Source: Veleropilina oligotropha (Eukaryota). From it: DNA of 64,000 nt. Both the position numbers and the translations under genes were made by a program. A model generated the notes under the pieces. It had not been told where the DNA came from and made no database searches. It saw nothing but the letters and a program-made list of their open reading frames with translations. Positions 14,561 to 28,043 of the stretch are shown here, one piece after another. The DNA lies in contig JBEUKZ010000113.1 of NCBI GenBank assembly GCA_048128005.1, positions 62,001-126,000 on the forward strand. Direction: 5' to 3'. Positions within the stretch are counted from its first letter, which is position 1. Each line of letters opens with the position of its first letter.

Positions 14561-17054
14561 CGTAATACAGTTAGCTGGGTATTAACAAATGCGCCTTTTA
14601 GAGTCGATAGAGTCAGTTCTGACGATACCATCCCATATATTTAGTATACAATATGGCGATTATAACGTCAGTTATGTAGAACATCTAGCATTCCGTTTAT
14701 TGATCTATTAAAACTAGACGTCCACCATCCTAGTCCAACGAGTGATGGCATGCAAACTCGATTTGATGATGTAAAAAATGTGTTCAAAATCCATCTTATA
14801 TTCAAACACTTGAAACTAACATAATTGGTGAATTAAAAGGAGACAAATGACCGAAAAATTGATAAACTTGGTCTTATGACTAAAAGTCCTGATCCACCCT
14901 ACCCTTTCTTTCCCAAATTCTTAATAATGTTTGATATGTGGTAGAATAAAACATATGTCGGCACGCTGTATTGACAGAACGCAATCTTCACATGTTCATG
15001 TCAAAATTGCGTCTGCAAATATTGACATATGTGAACAATCCGTCGCATTTTTCAAATATTTCGAAGGCATTTTTCCACGAGTTTATCCCGCGATAATATG
15101 GACATGCTCTTATTGAACCGAAGCTGTAAATATATCGAAAGTTATTACAAAATAATCTAATATAACTTTATTTAAAAAGGTGTGAAAAATGGGTTCATGT
15201 AAAACTTAGCAGCAAATCTCACACGCATGTGAACAATAGGTTCATGTAAAATTCACCACATAATCTCAAACACATTATTCACGTTCGCAAAATGTGAAGA
15301 ATACGACAGCATTCTTTCCACACGTGTGAAGATTGCGTAATGTGAATATAGCGTACAAACAGCATGTATGTTTGTTATATGTCCCAGATGTCCCTTGATG
15401 TTATCGCGAAATCTGACAACGGTTTTATCAAATTTTTATTGATTTGAAATACTCTTAAAATAGCTGAAACTGCTAGAACCGAAAAAATAACGTATATGGG
15501 TTGGTTGGTGGCTTGGAAGTCAAGCGACCTCTTTTGTACCGTTCAGGGGAATTTAGGACGAAAACAACGACATTCATCATAAACATGATATAAGATCAGA
15601 GGTTTCTATAACCAAGAGGTGATTATGGTTTATCGATATTATTACTCTCTATCATTAACACGATTCGGTTAATCATTCAATATAAGTAAAGCTGTGACGT
15701 CACCAAAACGTGTGTGAGACGCGCAATGCCGATGAACAGAGGCATGTTTCGGTTGTTATGTTCTCCTCGAGCTAAAACCTAATTATTATTCGGACGCATA
15801 TATCAATTTTTCCAACTGTCAGCACGTTCGGTCACATATTGGTTCATTTGAATATTCTTGTGTTTCATTTGACTTGATGCACTTGCAAAAACAAGATGAT
15901 GATAGAAAACCTCGTGTATAACCAATCTCTCCATTATTGCATGTAAAGCAAACGACGAGAAATCCAAGAGCTATGCAATGCATTACCGGTACGTGCTCTA
16001 CGCATGTTTCTTTTCCTGCAGATATGTAAATTAACGCAGATTATTTTTCCTTACATTAGATAATCTCAATTGGCGCAAAACATAATTATGTCACAAAGCA
16101 GGTAAACCAACACTCGCTTGGAGACTTGAGAAAACAGTTCATCTTATTAAATGCATTTAACCTTGTTCGTTAATGGTCGTGATAATAGCCATTATAATGG
16201 CTAAAGGCAAAGTAAAACAAAGACTACTTTTCAGTAAAAACAATGTTGAACATTTCATTTATTGATTACATATAATGCCAAATGGAGTGTAAATTGCGAT
16301 TTCCTGATAATGTATTTAGTGTTGCTCATAATAAAACGTTTGCAAACAAGATGAGTGATGTGCCAGTTTCTTCTGGTCACATATACTTTCACAGTTGCGA
16401 TTCCGAAAAATGTAAGATAATATATCATATCAATATTATCAAATATTATTTTTGCCATATGATTTATGCAAGGTAGTGAATTACCGGAAAATCCACAAAA
16501 TGCTTAATTGATGGAACATTCACAACTTTTTACGACCTTCCTTGTTAGCTATTAAGCGACATCACAGGTAACACAACCATCGTTACATAATATACATTGT
16601 CGACAAGACATACACACGAGAACAATCGGATAATATATAGCGCTAGTCCAACATAAATAGCGATCCGAAAAAATATATATTTGTTTTAAAGGATTGCGCA
16701 ATTACGGACAACTCCAACTGCACGCCTGACATCAAAATGACGGATGACGCTAAGTTCATGCTCAACACTAGCAATATCGCCGTTTACCACAATGGTATAC
16801 GATTAGCACATAGGCCTACACGTGTAAATATATTGACATCAGCTACCGCGAAAACAAGACATCCATAACAAACAATTATGGCGCACGTGGCAACGTCTCA
16901 TCGATGCTGGTAACAAAACTTGCAGGACTCAAAGTGATATCAATGCTTTACCGTTCCGAAACTCCCGGATGCTATCCAAAATCTTCAACACAACCGCGAG
17001 AGTAAATATTTCAGTTGTGCGAAGCGTACATGCATTCAGTATTCAGCGATGCGT

Positions 17055-17212
17055 TCATCCTTTAACGGTGGTCATGGTGAATTGCTCTGTTTCACAATTC
17101 GTGTTGACTGATGTCGTAGCGTAACTGTCACCTCGCGTTCTCTGTCGGCTTGGTCCGTGAATACGCCGACGGCAGCACGAAAACGTGGCTTTGAATTCCT
17201 TTCGGAACTTTG
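17055..17212 (-). CDS. Orexin/allatotropin receptor-like GPCR paralog B, exon 5
   Basis: TTTCAG acceptor. Encodes (A)KFRKEFKATFSCCRRR...TTVKG*; phase matches exon 4. Confidence 0.9.
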
Positions 17213-17710
17213 CTGAAAGAATATTCACACGTCATATTAGACAGTGTATCAATAAATCAATATAGTAAGATTTGCTCAGTAATCTTGATTACGACTACAT
17301 TCATTTTGTTCTTAAATGCGACGTCTACCACTAATTTATAGGACGCGATGTGCATCATGCCGCCACAGTAGAATACCAATGGTTAGAACAATTTGCACTC
17401 AGAATTTGAAACCTCTCTCTTAATGTTTAGGTAAGACTATTCTGATTTGACAAGACTCCACAGTCCCGATTTTACTCGAATTGGGATTGATTGTTCATGT
17501 AAAGATGGAAGATATGGGACCAGGTCGTCCATTTTTCGAACTAAATTCTTAATGCAACAGTCAGTTAGTGATTTCGATTTAACCCAACGTGATTTTTATT
17601 TGCCATCTTGATGATATCGCAAAATGAAGTTAGCCACATTATTAGTTTACACGATACTCAATTGTGAGAACCCCTCAAATGTTTCACTTAAGTGTTACCA
17701 ATATACATAC

Positions 17711-17829
17711 CACTCATGAAATTATATATGACCGGATTTACGCTGCTGTTGAAGTAACATAGCCAGTGCGCAACCTGAGCAAATGTGGCAATGAAGGTGG
17801 GATCTTTCAAATGCAGTGCTCCAACAAAC
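17711..17829 (-). CDS. GPCR paralog B, exon 4 (TM7)
   Basis: TTGCAG acceptor and GTATGT donor. Encodes FAQVAHWLCYFNSSVNPVIYNFMS. Confidence 0.93.
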
Positions 17830-18349
17830 CTGCAACAACATATTATAAGTGTTGTCTTAGATAAATACAATACATACTGTGCGTATACGGGTAACAAACA
17901 GTTCATCTTTAATATCGTAGTCGCCAGGTGGTTGAGGTGATATAATTGTGGTTCATAATTCACGCGCCAGACTGCGCCGTGTCAAAAGAGTGGGTTAGAC
18001 GAATGATGTAATCTCAGTGATCGATCTAAAATGATCCGCGGACACCATGCTTTTTAATTCCAAGTGATCATCGCACCGTGCAAGGTGCGCTGCTAGCGTC
18101 TGCTGGTGTAGTAAGGACGCAAATCTGGTCTTTATGTATGTAACTTGTGTGAGGCTATCAATTGTATTTTAAATGAAAATTGCATTTGCGATAGGGGTCG
18201 ACATTATCCAGGCTTTCGTATACATTAATTCGTTTTACCAACGAGAGCGCGACAACATGATTTTCCAAGGGGCGCTTAACTTTTTCCAGGTAACAATTAG
18301 TTTTTAAAAATATGCCGAATGGGTTTATTATACTACTATTGGAAATAAA

Positions 18350-19660
18350 TAGAGGATATCGGACGAGTGTCCATTCCATATGAGAATTATGAAACGAGTC
18401 GGGCACAATTTATGTACCGAGCCTTGGCGAGGTACATAAATTTGCTAAACTGATTTTTGTCAGTACTTTCAGCCATAAAATGCCATTGCCCCAGACGTAT
18501 CACGCCTCGAAAGCACGCGCCACGCCAGTACGCCAATAAAACATAGTTCAACGTCAGTAATCGACGAGTCAACGCGTATGAATTATTCATTATGTTAATG
18601 ATGGTGATTCGCCGCCTAATCAACTTGGCGCCAGATGCGATAATCGACCGTCATGCTCGTCCTCATTTGCATACTTATTGAACGTGTCTTTTAGTATAGA
18701 AATTAATGGAACGGCTACTACCGTTCCATTACATGTTTTTTATGTGATAAACTGTATTATCACATGTATAGGTCATTTTCCCATAGTGCAGCACCGTGTA
18801 TTATTTGTCGTATTACACGTGTGTCAACAGCCATATTGAAATGCGATTGGATGATTTAATGAATGAAATTCGAACAGCCTATGGAAATGCGTGTCACTAA
18901 AGGTCGAGCGCACTACTTGTTTTACTACGTATTATATATTTACTATAATGTCATAACGTGATTGCCGCCAATATTTTTAATGTTGACATTATGACGGCGA
19001 TAGTGGAAACATTTATAGCAACGGCCACAAAACAACAACATGGTAGAGATTATTGGAACTGATTTCGAGGTAACGAGATAGCAGATGCAACAATCACAGT
19101 TATGCAGGCACGTAGGCCGCGATAGCAGACGTCAAAAGACAGATTCAAACCGGTCGGCGACACAGTCATATATACCTCGCGTTATTGTCTTTTGCAGATA
19201 GTTTTAAATCTTAATGAAAATTGTTATTCTAATATGTTCATATAGTTTATATAAAGTTATATCTGTTCATTTTCAAAGAATATTTGTTATTTATTAATGT
19301 CAATTAATCAACTACCCTCGCACTATTTTTAGAGGGCATTGGTACTAATTTATGTAACGAGTCAACACGATGGCCTTTTGCATTAAACTGTTTACATATC
19401 ACTACACCGTAATGTCGCCTTCAATCTACTGCTGATTCTTTCGTACCGGTAAGGCAATTTCGTGAGTTTGTAGTTTGTTTCCTACCAAAGATCGATATGT
19501 GATAAATAGAACCTCACACTCGGGATAATGTAATATCACATTTATGAAACTCGTTTAACTAATTTTCATATTTTCATCGGCAAGCCTCGGAAAATATGAA
19601 AATTAGTTAAACTCGTTTCATAAATGTGATATTACATTACCACTCATATGAGATCCTCTA
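18350..19660. mobile_element. Putative non-autonomous DNA transposon with subterminal hairpins (Academ-like ends, tentative)
   Basis: Imperfect TIRs TAGAGGATATC..GAGTG / CACTC..AGATCCTCTA and hairpins at 18407-18442 and 19526-19639. Confidence 0.5.
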
Positions 19661-20798
19661 TATATCATCCAAAGTGATAGCGCGTACAATTCTCTAGTAG
19701 GCAACTGTTTCCACGACATACCATTGTCCAAAAGCTTCGCTGTCACGCAATCTTATTGCAATAATCAATGGAACTGGTGCTACATTGGCACCAAGTAAAT
19801 TAATTATAGAACGTATTAATCAAATGCCGCAATGAAACAGCGTTATAACCATATGAAAAATGTGGCATTTATTTTTCATCGTAACCAATTCCTGTCTTAA
19901 AATAAGCAAAGAGCTTTTAAGCGTTCCCCAAGGATTTGATTACGCTTACTTTGGATGCTCTTCCTGTCAACTGAGATAAATCTGCTTTAGTAGCAGGAGC
20001 TATAAAACTACGGATCATCCACAAACCAGCTCAGACTAAGTTGGTATTGCGGTAATCGTTTTAGCCAGACTGCCTATTATCTCACGTTATTTATGAACCA
20101 GTGGATGGTGAACAATCACCGTAAATGCCTAGCGTTGATTGCCGCATGAATCAAACAGACAAATCGAACATTAAGGAAGATCCCTTCTTGAAGTGTTTTC
20201 AACATAATTAGATTGCCATGGTGGAACACGCTGAAATACATAGCAATAACTGGGAAATGTATCTCTTGGGAGCATGGAAGTTTGGATATTTCGGACAAGC
20301 GCATTGGTATCAGGAGCTATCATAGTGTGATTTTTAATGTCACGTGTATCGAATAAAACGATTATAACGTAGGCCTAAGTTGCTTCAAGTTACATTGATC
20401 GTAATTATGATATTCAAACTGTATTTTAATAGGTTTGCCAAAATAGAACTTTCATACAGAAATACAAGGACACTCTAGGGCCCTTTTCTCCATTGTTCGG
20501 CAAACAATGAAATTAACCAACGTCAGGTGAAATGGACAAGGTGCCAAACTCACTGACAAAGAAATTAACAAGGTATTGATAGAAGTGGACTCTTTTGATA
20601 AAGCGCCCACGGGTTGATATCTGCTGTTCATTATACTTTTAAGGGGTTACAGGTTGCAATTTACAATATATTGCGTTGGCAGGTATGACAGATAATACCT
20701 TGACACCCCTGCGCGATATCTTGCATAATTCCCCTCGCTATGCTCAGGTAATTATGAAAGATATCTTCGCAGGTGTCAGGGTATTATATATTACTTAA

Positions 20799-21422
20799 AG
20801 GTCGTTTCACACCAGACGTGTCCGATATTTCGCAAATCGTTATGACCTTGCACACCATATGAAAATTTCGTAAAGACTACCCCTACCATTCATTTTAAAC
20901 CGTTTTTATATGGTTATCTTTTTATTTCAAGTTTATTATTTATGTGTCAATGGTTGTTCAGACGGGAAGCCCCATACGCATCCTAAGGTCCATATTTTAT
21001 TCGGATTGCGTATCTTCAAAGAATAAGATATTTGCAAATCCACTCAACACGTTTTCCTTTTCCAAAATCTATACATACTGGAACAGATTTATTAGAGGAT
21101 ATCATACAGCTGTATTTGTATGATGATGTCTCTTTGGTGGTTTTGCTGCATGATGCCATTTTGTAAATCCGACGTGTTGATAAGTTGGGAATTACTGGTC
21201 ATGTAACAAGAAATACACTGTTATTTCTATATTTAGTATGCGAAATCGCAACGAAAATCGTCCAGATAGGATTAGGACTTGATCATATCTCGACGATTCG
21301 TTGTATACTTCGTTGCGACAGTCCGGTCGTGTCTGAAAGGCTCAGCGTCATTACGTTGTTTCTAACGTAACGATTTTCTTTGCGAAAAGCGTAACGTAAT
21401 CGCATCTGGTGTGAAAATGCCT
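20799..21422. mobile_element. MITE (Harbinger-like TIRs)
   Basis: AGGTCGTTTCACACCAGA ... TCTGGTGTGAAAATGCCT, flanked by TTAA on both sides. Confidence 0.65.
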
Positions 21423-21473
21423 TTAAACAATAAATTGCAGACGTTAACGTTGACTTAAAATGAAGTCACTTAC

Positions 21474-21615
21474 CGCAGTATATGCAGGAGATGCACGGGC
21501 ATGTAACAAACGAAGAAGACGATGACGACGGTGATCAACATCACTGCCGCCTTCCGCCGGGACTGCAGCTGCGACTCGGCTGTAGACGATCTACCGTCCA
21601 GCATCGGCTTGCTAG
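21474..21615 (-). CDS. GPCR paralog B, exon 3 (ICL3-TM6)
   Basis: TTTAG acceptor and GTAAG donor. Encodes QLQSRRKAAVMLITVVIVFFVCYMPVHLLHILR; phases 1 and 2 fit the neighbouring exons. Confidence 0.92.
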
Positions 21616-22959
21616 CTAAATATAATTAACACCAATCAAAATATACATATTCTGCATTTTGCTCTTATCAAATTTTTTTATTGGAAATGCTATAAAACAA
21701 ATGTAATAACCTATATGGTAAAGAAAAAGAAAAGGATTGATAAACATATAGTAAAACTCAACTGTGGGTGTATGGTTACCGTGGGTGTATATAATCGAAA
21801 CTCTCTGGTCAATATATTATTTGATTTCTTATTTGCATTATCTGTTTCTAATGATGAAATTTATGTATTTATTAAACACATTAATGCCAGGGGTAGATCC
21901 AGGATTTTCCAAAGGGGGGTCCCAATTGTATAGTAAAATTTCAGCTAACCGCGTGAGGGGACAATCCTACACAGACGAAATTTTGACAATTAACTACGTG
22001 AAACTCCCGTCTTATGCAATCTGAGAGTGAAAACCAGTTTAATGGGAAAATTTCGCTTTTGTCACTAAGGAAGCGGGGGGGGGGGGGGGGGCGAACGTAC
22101 CTCCGATATATGTTGTTCTGATCAGATTTGACCTTAAACAAGTGATCCTGATTGCGATGTGACTGAATAACTGCTAAAGAGGGTATTAAAACAACATATT
22201 TAGTACATACTTTTATCCTGGAATAAATAGTTGATCTCCAAAAAGTCAAACACATTGTTTTTTACTTGAAACAATCAGCCATGGAAAGTGCGAAAATATG
22301 AAATATGACTGCATTTTGGAGAAATATATTGGAGTGGGGTAAATAAATCATTTTTTTCAAAATGTTGCACTAATTTGATTGCTTTAGACGTTTGATATGA
22401 TATAGAGAATAAACATCTGATTTTAAAACAATAAATTTCATTTCTGTTGCAATTTGTGATGGGTTGAGCTAATTTCGGCCCTATAATGCCTGGACTATAA
22501 CGAACAAGAAGACAATACCATCAATATCCCCCACCATGGTACATTCACATCTATTAAGCCTATATAATTTATTTTCCTGGAGATACAATGGAATAAGCGT
22601 ATTATCACTGTTTTAAATAAAAAGGGCGATAACTCTGTTAATAATCGCCACACAACATTAAAATTAGCCAAGGTACTAGTTTACCAACTGCTTAATACAT
22701 CCACCAAATTTCGTTAAAATATATTGAGCGGTTTATGAGATACGCTCCGGAAAACTCGGACGGTTAGCATTTTAATATTCACCGCAAACTTTTTTGGGCA
22801 ATTATCTGTCATTTATTTCATTAAAGTTAGTGTCTCAAAAATGTTTTCTTGCATTAAATTTTGGTTAATTATTAACCTAGTGAAATTATATAAAAGTGGG
22901 GTGTGCGTTTATTTTTTGGTTGAGTATATGTTCACAACACAAGAGCCATAGTTGTTACA

Positions 22960-23740
22960 CCAGATGGAGAATCGTAAGTATTTGATATCATGTCTGGAGT
23001 GCTAGAGGGAGACCCATTTCATAGTTTCTCTTCATGATCGCATTTGACCATGCGCTAAGGCAATCCACAGGAGGATTTGAGTCACAATCACACCGAGGTT
23101 GTTCAAGCTCAATATCTGCTACTAGGGGTATAATCAGAATGCAATAATATGTGGCTCAATCTGATTGTTAAAAAGACAGGGGTCGTGACGCACAAAATAT
23201 ACATGGGCATGACACACTGAGAACGGTTACGTTTGTGTAGTAGGTTGTCGACAAATACGATGGGTCATGGAGGCTGATATCAAGATCGGGAAGGCGCTTG
23301 CATGAAGAGCCTTGAACGAGATGTGCAGCATATGGAAATAGCACACATCCCAAGAGTGGAGCTCCTTCACTGCCACAGTAGAAGCAATACTCTTGTACTG
23401 CGGGACCTTGTCGCATACCAAAGTTTTGATAGGTGCTATATCAAAAAGCGTAGGACAGCGCTTGATATCAACTGGAGACAACGAACTGTACGGGGAATGA
23501 CGTAGAGTCAGAGAGAAAGTAGCATCCAGAAAGATGCAGCTAGCTGGCCACTCTTATCGTCACCTAGTGATCTCATTATATGGGAAACACGGACATCATA
23601 CACATGGCGGTCAACGTCATTACTGACATTCTGAAGAAGGACGCATGAATGGAGGACACAGACGAGCTAGCATCCTACTTGCAGGATCGTTTGTCTGGGA
23701 GATCCAAGCTAGGTCCCGGTCGAGCGCACCGTAGTGAGTG
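22960..23740 (+). mobile_element. Degraded RTE-clade LINE fragment
   Basis: Remnants PDGES*VFDIMSGVLEGDP and DRCY...RTALDINWRQ resemble RTE RT and C-terminal regions. Heavily disrupted. Confidence 0.6.
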
Positions 23741-24318
23741 GGTGTGCGTGTTTTGTACATAATTGTGACTTTGTTCACTGAACCCTGTCAGATACCGATA
23801 TCCATCGTTATGTTTGAATAATTCTCTACTAGGATTCGATATACGGCATGTAAGACTGCTATAAAACAGGTTTCTCGAGTAAAGTGGTAAATATTTCTTG
23901 ATTCTCTGTAGAATAGTTACCCATGGGGACACCAATGAACAGGAGTCATCAATATTATTTTAAAAGTTGGCCTTTGTGAATCCCCATTAACTTACCGCAC
24001 TTTATTACATTTTATCGCAGTTTTGTTACATCCTACCGCAGTATTACATCTCAACGCAGTGGTGTTACAATTTACCGCAGATTATTACATCTTATCGCGT
24101 TATGACAGGCTGCACTTGGCATGAGCTCTGTAGTTTTGAGTGAAATATCTAGCGACAACGGGCAGATATCATCGTGATATTTGTTGAAGATACTCATAAG
24201 GTACTGCTGATTTGATTTGGAAGTTCTGATTGCTGACTTTGATGGTGTTTTATATGCATTTATGTGCATTTACGGCCTTTTTGCAAATCAACAACACTGC
24301 AACTGAAGTCACGCTTGA

Positions 24319-27161
24319 ATGATCATACAGCGCTCATTGTTGGACATGTGCTTGGATCTATTGTTCTCATTGATTGCAATTCAATCACTGAGTCAAGTAA
24401 CCCTATGTGTTTGGAATAGCAAAGGGACACTATCTGCATACGGCAGTTTTTCGACATCCGCATTCCTACTGACAAACGTGAGTGAAATGACAATAGATTA
24501 CACAGCCTGTGAACTTGTCTCATTAGACAGTTTAAACCCTTCCAAAATACCATTATGCACACTGTCTACCATCCGTGCACTTGGCATTTGCCGTGTGAAG
24601 AAAACAAAGAGGGGTTGCAGAAGCGGAATAAATAAAAGTCACGCTCTAAAAAAAGTACACAAAAATAAAGCACAGGACGATACCACAACATTTAAAGAAC
24701 ACTATATCAGAATGGGTGTTTTAAATGCTCGATCTGTGAATAAATTAGATGCCCAAACAGATAAATCTCAGTCGGTGAGGGACATTATCACTGACAACAA
24801 GTTAGAAGTCCTCGCCATTACGGAGACATGGCTCCGTGATGATGACTCTGATCGCATTGCTATCGGCAAGATGCTCCCAACAGGATACAACATTTTTCAC
24901 GTTGCTAGACACAAGAGACGAGGTGGAGGGGTTGTTGTTGTGTGTAGTGATTCGATAAAGTGCTCAAAAATCAATGTTTGGAACGAGCAGGTATCCTTTG
25001 AAACAATGTCCGTGAAATTAACCTCTAAAAAACAATGCACGATACTCACTGTCGTGTACAGACCACCTACAAGATCACGGGTGGGTGATACAGGCAAAGT
25101 ATGTTTCTTTAGTGAGTTTGACAATCTCCTAGATAACTTGACCACATTACCAGGAAAGCTGGTAATCTGTGGTGATTTTAACTATCATGTTGATGATGCG
25201 AGCAATCGAGAAGCGCAGAAGTTTCTTAAACTCCTCGAGTCGCATGACCTCACTCAACACGTCACAACATCTACACATGTAGGTGGACACACTCTGGATC
25301 TGATTATTTCACGTAATGACCTTCAAATAAAGAACATTAAAACAGACTTCTCAGTTAAATCAGACCATTGCGCGGTCATTTACAATGCAAGTATTCTTGT
25401 GCCAATGAGGAAGAGAAAGGAACTCTCCTTCAGAAAACTTAAAGATATCAATTTGTGTAAGTTTTCATCTGACCTTGAGATATCATTCAATGGATACCAC
25501 AGCAAGACGGTTACCGACAGTGTTAACTTATACAACGCCGCAGTAACAAAAACTCTAGATACCCATGCCCCTGTGACAAGGCGTATTGTGACTATCCATC
25601 ATCAGGAACAATGGTACAACGACCAAATTCGTGAAGCGAAGCAGCATCGTCGCAAGCTTGAGAGACATATGCGACGGACTGGCCTTACTATCCATAAACA
25701 AATTCATGCGGCCCAGAGAAATCATGTCAATGAACTTATTCAGAAGGCTAAATCAAAGCACTACAACGAGGCTCTTGAAAACGCAGAAGATCAAAAAGAG
25801 GTATTTAGTATCTCCAATCAACTTCTTTTCAAAAAAAAAACAAGATCTCTACCAAGTTGTCAGTCATTGAATAACTTAGTAAATGAGTTCTCAGTCTTTT
25901 TCACGAGCAAAATTCAAATGATTCGCTCAGGTTTAAGTAAAAATGGACAGAGCATCATAGTAACTGACGATAAACCTACGAAAAAGGCTGCAACTATGAA
26001 AGCTTATAGACCAACATCAGAAGCTGAAGTTCGACAACTAATCATGAAACGTCCGAGTAAAACATGTGTTCTGGATCCTATGCCAACGTGGATTCTTAAG
26101 AAATGTCATGATACTGCCATCCCGATTATCACACACATCATCAATCAGTCTCTGGCAGAATGTGTTTTACCTCCTCTCATGAAGGAAGCACTAATTACAC
26201 CTGTGTTAAAGAAGCCCCAGCTTGACCACGAAGCGCTTAAGAACTATCGACCAGTATCGAACTTGCCTTTTGTGTCTAAGCTTATAGAGCGCTGCGTGTC
26301 TACAAGACTTCACGATCATATGATCAGAAATGGATCTCATGAAGTAATGCAGTCTGCTTACAAACAGGGTCATAGTACTGAAACTGCCTTAGTACGGGTT
26401 CAAAATGACATTCTGCAGTCAGTCGAGAAAGATGGTGCCGCAGTTCTCGTATTGTTAGACCTCTCATCGGCTTTTGATGCAATTGATCATCGTGTTCTAC
26501 TGTCAACATTAGAAAACAGACTCGGTATCATTGGCGCATCATTAGCTTGGATTGAGTCTTACATCTCAGGTCGACAGCAATCTGTCTACATTGACGGATA
26601 TGTTTCGCCGAAAGAAGAATTACTTTTTGGTGTTCCCCAAGGATCAGTCCTAGGACCGATCCTATTCACAATCTATACTTTGCCCCTCGGTGACATTATC
26701 AGAAGATTTAACTTACAGTTCCACCTCTATGCAGATGACTCTCAGCTTTACATGGCATTCAAACCACTCTGCAGAAAATCAGTACAACATTCCTTCACAA
26801 ATATTTCCGACCGTGTTGCTCAGATCAGGGAATGGATGTCCACCCATTTTCTAAAACTCAATGATGAAAAGACAGAGCTACTAGTCTTTTGTCCCAAGTC
26901 GAGATTGCGCAGTCTGGCATTACCACCATTTAAAATTGGCGAAAGTATCATTGAGCCGAGTACGAAAGCACGCAATCTCGGAGTGATACAGGACTATGCT
27001 TTGAGCCTTGACGATCACATCAGTAACATCTGCAAAGTGGCATACATCAACATCAGAAATATTGGATTGATTAGGAAGTACATCAATTCTCGTGTGGCTG
27101 CATCGCTCGTTCAGGCATTCGTACTATCACGCTTGGACTATTGCAATGCTCTTCTGTACGG
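24319..27161 (+). mobile_element. L2-clade LINE ORF (APE + RT), 5' part, interrupted at codon 948
   Basis: APE motifs LNARSV, ITETWL, GDFNYH, HTLDL and SDH. RT motifs NYRPVSNL, LLDLSSAFD, GVPQGSVLGP and YADD. No stops before the insertion at ...YCNALLYG. Confidence 0.96.
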
Positions 27162-27342
27162 AGCAGCAGGGGGGGGTGAGTGTACTCTAATAGGGGCAGT
27201 TTTTCAGGCATAAAACCAGCAGCAGCAGGGGGGGTGACCATACCTTTTATGTGGGGGCGCGGCGAGGGAAATTAAGGCTCCCAGCACCCTTTCCAGACCC
27301 CAGGGTATAGATTGTATTACAAAAAAGTTACCGTGTGTACAG
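27162..27342 (+). repeat. Left terminal inverted repeat
   Basis: Reverse complement of 43687-43865, differing only by two 1-nt homopolymer length changes (G8/G7, A6/A5). Confidence 0.97.
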
Positions 27343-27392
27343 CGACATAGAGCCCCCAGGGACGGCCCACTACCCTCGCCGGCCCGGGCTCC

Positions 27393-27593
27393 TCAGTTAT
27401 GCGAGCAGTAGCAGGGGGGGTGAGTTTGATTTCGTGCAACTCCCTTGCTACCGTCTTTGGTCTTCTTCTTATATATCGCTTGTTCACCATTGTCGAGTAC
27501 AACGATCAAAACGTTATAGCCCCGGTTTAAGAGGTTTTTAACGCGCCTGAAGCTCCGTTCGCTGTACAGCGTAGGAATGTCTTCCTGTGGCAT
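27393..27593 (-). CDS. Possible small hypothetical protein of the element
   Basis: ATG-initiated MPQEDIPTLYSERSFRRVKNLLNRGYNVLIVVL... with protein-like composition; no motif recognised. Confidence 0.3.
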   Translation of the reverse strand: MPQEDIPTLYSERSFRRVKNLLNRGYNVLIVVLDNGEQAIYKKKTKDGSKGVARNQTHPPCYCSHN

Positions 27594-27701
27594 GTTGCTT
27601 TCAAGTATAACTACACAACGTCTAACATGCCGGTTATTTCTCGCCGTGCACCGGGCTCGATATCTTAGTGTCATAATCTCTATTAGAGACTGGTATATAC
27701 A

Positions 27702-27995
27702 ATGATAACCGCTATCAATATGTGGGGAACGGACACCTGTCAATGGCTCACCATCAGCTCCACGGAGCTATGTGGTAAGAGATGTCTGAACACGTATTGC
27801 AAAGTCCATCTGGCTCGGCAACGGCGAAATGGCCGGGGCACAAAACCCTGCAGCAAATGCGGGAAGGGCGTTTTCAACCGGCTTACGTTGTGTAAGGGCT
27901 GTGGGTATAAGAGTGAGAACGGTATGGACTGGCAACGAAAGAAAAGGGCCTTCGAGAGAGAGTTTCTCCGCATGGCTGCAATTTACCACGCGTAA
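27702..27995 (+). CDS. Small Cys/His zinc-finger-like basic protein
   Basis: C-x10-C-x3-C-x4-C-x2-H cluster followed by two CxxC pairs; TATATA just upstream. Confidence 0.7.
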   Translation: MITAINMWGTDTCQWLTISSTELCGKRCLNTYCKVHLARQRRNGRGTKPCSKCGKGVFNRLTLCKGCGYKSENGMDWQRKKRAFEREFLRMAAIYHA

Positions 27996-28043
27996 ATTTC
28001 ATATTAGAGAAGTAAAGATCCTAGTGTATACCCGCCCGGCAAC

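Noticed and set aside
27162..27213. C-terminus AAGGGECTLIGAVFQA of the 964-aa LINE ORF
   Set aside because: Read-through into the inserted TIR; the true C-terminus resumes at 43871.
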